The translations under genes and the position numbers were made by a program. DNA of 64,000 bases. It comes from Pseudomonadota bacterium (GTDB lineage: Bacteria > Pseudomonadota > Gammaproteobacteria > JAKAQQ01). Every line of letters starts with the position of its first letter. The stretch's first letter is position 1. Shown piece by piece: positions 61,203 to 64,000 of this stretch. The DNA is taken from positions 173 to 64,172 of the forward strand of contig DAHWSH010000056.1 of assembly GCA_027338645.1 (NCBI GenBank), read 5' to 3'. A model generated the notes under the pieces. That model was not told the origin of the DNA, ran no database searches, and saw nothing but the letters and a program-made list of their open reading frames with translations.

Positions 61203-61565
61203 TGGTGGAGGCGGCGGGAATCGAACCCGCGTCCACGAATCATCCACCCGACGGTCTACATGCTTAGCGGGATGATGGGTGTCGTGCCCGGCCGTTCATC
61301 CGCAAACTCCGGTCACCGAGCCCCGTCGGTTCCGTCCGGGAAGTCGGGGCAACTCCTCGAACGGTTCCTGCGTAATCGACCCCCGCGTTCCTTTCAGAAC
61401 TCCCGGACGCACAGGCGCGGCTCCGGGTGGAGGCTAGCGGTCAAGCCGCTAGGGCGTAGTTTGCGTCGTTCGCAACTAGCTTTTTGCGGTTGGTTTAACG
61501 AGGCCAAACCGCACCTCGGCATGCATTTCGAGCTTCAGTACCCGTGTCGAAGCCTGGTCGCCCCC
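61203..61565 (-). ncRNA. ssrA: tmRNA (SsrA), tag peptide ANDANYALAA
   Basis: 5' GGGGGCGACCAGGCUUCGACACGGG...; resume codon then GCG AAC GAC GCA AAC TAC GCC CTA GCG GCT TGA; 3' tRNA-like end ...GGACGCGGGUUCGAUUCCCGCCGCCUCCACCA. Confidence 0.9.
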
Positions 61566-61689
61566 ACACGGGGATCATGATACCCCATCTGGAGACTCGA
61601 GGTCTCAGGCTGAGCTCGCATAGGCATCAGGCCGCGTTCCGCCCCGCGTTATATAATAAAAAAACCACCATAGATTTAGGGTTGTCGTC

Positions 61690-63096
61690 GTGTACGGACC
61701 TCGCCTAAGGTCTCCGTTCGTGGTCGGCCGACCGTGGCATCACTTCCGGACCGCTGGATATCGAGAGCTGGCCAGCGGGGCTTTGGTACTGGCCATGAGT
61801 CTCGTTGCACCGAGTTCGGCTGAAACCTTGAGACAAGCCTTCACGCGCGCGTTCCAGACCAACCCGGAGATTCAGGCCGCACGCGCTGCACTTGAGGCCG
61901 CCGATTACCAGATCCAGGTTGCCCGAGCGGGCAGCCACCCGAGCGTTTTTCTGAATGGTAGCGCAGGAAGGGCCCGTTGGGGAGTCACCTCGAGCCTCTT
62001 TCATCTGGTCGGTGCCAGCCTCGCCACCAACGAATATGAGTATGGCATTGGAGTGAGCCAGCCCCTCTGGCAGGGAGGTCGGATTACCTCCGAGATCCGG
62101 GCTGCGCAAAATCAGGTCTCCCAACGACTGGCCCGCCTGCATGAAATCGAGCAACGGGTTTTTCTATCCGTGGTTGCTGCCTATACCTCGGTCTACCTGG
62201 ACCAACAGGTACTCGGGCTTGAGCAACACAATGAAGAATTGCTGTTCCAGCATCTGGAATCCACCCAGGCCCGGCTGCGAAATGGCGAAGCGACCCGCAC
62301 CGACCTAGCCGAAGCCCAAGCCCGACTCGAACAGGCCAAGTCAGAGGTCATCGCGGCACGGGGTCAGCTCGCCAACGAAGAGGCTCGTTTTGTGGAAGTC
62401 GTGGGTTCGAAGCCCGGGTTCCTGACGGCTCCCGCCGCCACCCACCCGCTCCCCCATTCACTCGCGGAAACCGAAGCCCTGGCCAGTGAGAATTTCTCGG
62501 TGATCGCTGCCCGCTTCGGGATCCGGGAGGCTCATCAGACGATCGAGACGGTCCGCAGTGCCGCCCTCCCCGAAATCCAGCTCATCGGCTCCTACGGACG
62601 GGCCTACAATCCGGAGTTCGGCTTTACCCGCCTCAACACGGCCAGTATCCTGCTCAGTGTCTCAGTCCCCCTCTACTCGGGTGGAGTCACTCGGTCCCGC
62701 ATCCGCGTGGCACGGGCCGTGCTCAGAGAAAACCGTGAGAATGCCCGAACGGTCCTGCGGGAAGCCTTGGCGCAAGCCACGCAATCCTGGCAGCGTTACG
62801 TCACCGCCGGAGCGCGTCTACGCGCACTCCGTTCACAAGTCACTGCAGAAAAGGTTGCGTATCACGGGGTCGTGGCGGAACACCGACAGGGTGTCAAGAC
62901 ACTGCTCAACGTGCTCAATGCCGAACAGGAACTGCTCGCCTCTGAGGTCTCCTACGTGAGCGCCAAAGCCGAGCGGGTGGTAGCCGGATACGCCATCCGG
63001 GCCGCTGTGGGGAATCTCACCTACCGACACATCGTCCAGCCGGGTCACTTCACACGACCCCGAACCCCGCCCGCGACGACCCCCCCCCGATCCTGA
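61690..63096 (+). CDS. tolC: TolC-family outer-membrane efflux channel
   Basis: Signal peptide ...ALVLAMSLVAPSSA, then two OEP repeats (LRQAFTRAFQTNPEIQAARAALEAADYQIQVARAG...; LDLTIAEAQARLEQAKSEVIAARGQL...). Confidence 0.75.
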   Translation: MYGPRLRSPFVVGRPWHHFRTAGYRELASGALVLAMSLVAPSSAETLRQAFTRAFQTNPEIQAARAALEAADYQIQVARAGSHPSVFLNGSAGRARWGVTSSLFHLVGASLATNEYEYGIGVSQPLWQGGRITSEIRAAQNQVSQRLARLHEIEQRVFLSVVAAYTSVYLDQQVLGLEQHNEELLFQHLESTQARLRNGEATRTDLAEAQARLEQAKSEVIAARGQLANEEARFVEVVGSKPGFLTAPAATHPLPHSLAETEALASENFSVIAARFGIREAHQTIETVRSAALPEIQLIGSYGRAYNPEFGFTRLNTASILLSVSVPLYSGGVTRSRIRVARAVLRENRENARTVLREALAQATQSWQRYVTAGARLRALRSQVTAEKVAYHGVVAEHRQGVKTLLNVLNAEQELLASEVSYVSAKAERVVAGYAIRAAVGNLTYRHIVQPGHFTRPRTPPATTPPRS

Positions 63097-63108
63097 TGGG
63101 CGGTCGCT

Positions 63109-63891
63109 TCAGCCCCGCGAATTCAGGTTGGCCAGGAGACGCAGCAACTCGAGGTAGAGCCAGACCAGGGTCACCGTGAGGGCAAAGGCGGAGTACCACT
63201 CCATGTAGTGGGGCCAGCCGGAGTTTGCACCCCGGTAGATGAGGTCGAAGTCAAGCAGCAGATTGAATGCGGCGATCGCCACGATCACGAGGCTGATCCC
63301 GATGCTGAGTTTACTGCCATAAAACAGGTTTCCGGTGTGAACACCAAAGAATCCGACGACCATCGTCACCATGTAGAAGAGAAACACCCCCCCGGTGGCC
63401 GCCATGATTCCGGTCCGCAACTTGTTGGTCACGCGGATGATGCCGCTGCGGTACAGAAACCACATCACCAGCATGACCGCGAAAGTGAGGAGAACGGCTT
63501 GGATCACGATCCCCGGATAAGTGGTATTGAACAGGGCAGACATCGAACCCAGGAACAAGCCTTCCGCCACCGCGTACAGCGGGGCCGTGACGGGGGACCA
63601 CATCGGCTTGAAACTCGTGGCCACGGCCAGAATGAGGCCGGCAATGAGTCCGATCCAGAGATAAAAACTCGTGGCCGACATCGCCGCGGCCGGACTATGA
63701 GTCGCATTGAGGACGCTCATGTACTGGTTCCAGGTAAACAGCGCCGACACCACGACCAGGACCAGACAGGTCAGGACCTTGTTCATTGCGCCATGGAGCG
63801 TCATGGTCTGCCCGACCCCCTGCTGGGCGGGAAACTGGGAAAGCAGACTGTTTTTGAGGGTGGGGTTCCCGGACTGTTGCATGATGGGCAT
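63109..63891 (-). CDS. Bax-inhibitor-1/YccA-family membrane protein
   Basis: 260 aa, 7 TM segments, typical BI-1 start region and C-terminal ...LYLELLRLL. Confidence 0.7.
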   Translation of the reverse strand: MPIMQQSGNPTLKNSLLSQFPAQQGVGQTMTLHGAMNKVLTCLVLVVVSALFTWNQYMSVLNATHSPAAAMSATSFYLWIGLIAGLILAVATSFKPMWSPVTAPLYAVAEGLFLGSMSALFNTTYPGIVIQAVLLTFAVMLVMWFLYRSGIIRVTNKLRTGIMAATGGVFLFYMVTMVVGFFGVHTGNLFYGSKLSIGISLVIVAIAAFNLLLDFDLIYRGANSGWPHYMEWYSAFALTVTLVWLYLELLRLLANLNSRG

Positions 63892-64000
63892 CTGCGGACT
63901 CCAGACGTGATCCTAAAAGGCTATGATAGCGCAGGCGAGTTTGCCACGCGAGCCACCTGGCCCCACTCGGGGGCTATCTTGTTTCGGTGAGAGATGGCGT

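Noticed and set aside
1-64000. CRISPR arrays, rRNA genes, intact IS elements or transposases, prophage structural genes
   Set aside because: No direct-repeat/spacer periodicity, no rRNA-like sequence and no transposase or phage-capsid-like ORFs were found on either strand.

Overview
GC-rich (about 63-66% by eye) proteobacterial chromosomal segment, mostly conserved housekeeping genes in long co-directional minus-strand blocks. The conserved content, in window order:
- The complete nuoA-N complex I operon (242-14667, minus), preceded by tRNA-Leu(GAG) and followed by an initiator tRNA-fMet.
- secG-tpiA-glmM-folP-ftsH-rlmE-greA-carB-carA, then panD-panC-panB, a deoxynucleoside kinase, folK and pcnB, all on the minus strand.
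- A lone tRNA-Glu(CUC), then a redox/metal cluster: 7Fe ferredoxin, a DUF255 thioredoxin-domain protein with a degenerate duplicated 3' end, a divergent NRAMP-like transporter, a YbbN/CnoX-like thioredoxin-TPR protein, gamma-glutamyltranspeptidase and DedA.
- ispB, rplU-rpmA-obgE, rpsT, metF-metH with a leader hairpin terminator, a repeat-rich YVTN surface protein, murJ-ribF-ileS-lspA and a VOC-family protein.
- tolC and a BI-1/YccA protein at the right end.

Two accessory patches stand out.
- A lower-GC insert (about 38.8-42.8 kb) abuts the 3' end of tRNA-Pro(CGG). It carries an orphan polytopic membrane protein with a GAF-like domain and no output domain, and a secreted Sel1-repeat protein with an unassigned Cys-containing C-terminal domain. 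No integrase is present.
- A decayed integrative-element remnant abuts the 3' end of ssrA (tmRNA, tag ANDANYALAA). It carries a 5'-truncated, stop-interrupted serine recombinase pseudogene, a vapBC toxin-antitoxin pair and an AT-rich promoter region.

No CRISPR array, rRNA or intact transposase was seen. Many long antisense ORFs in the six-frame track are high-GC artefacts.
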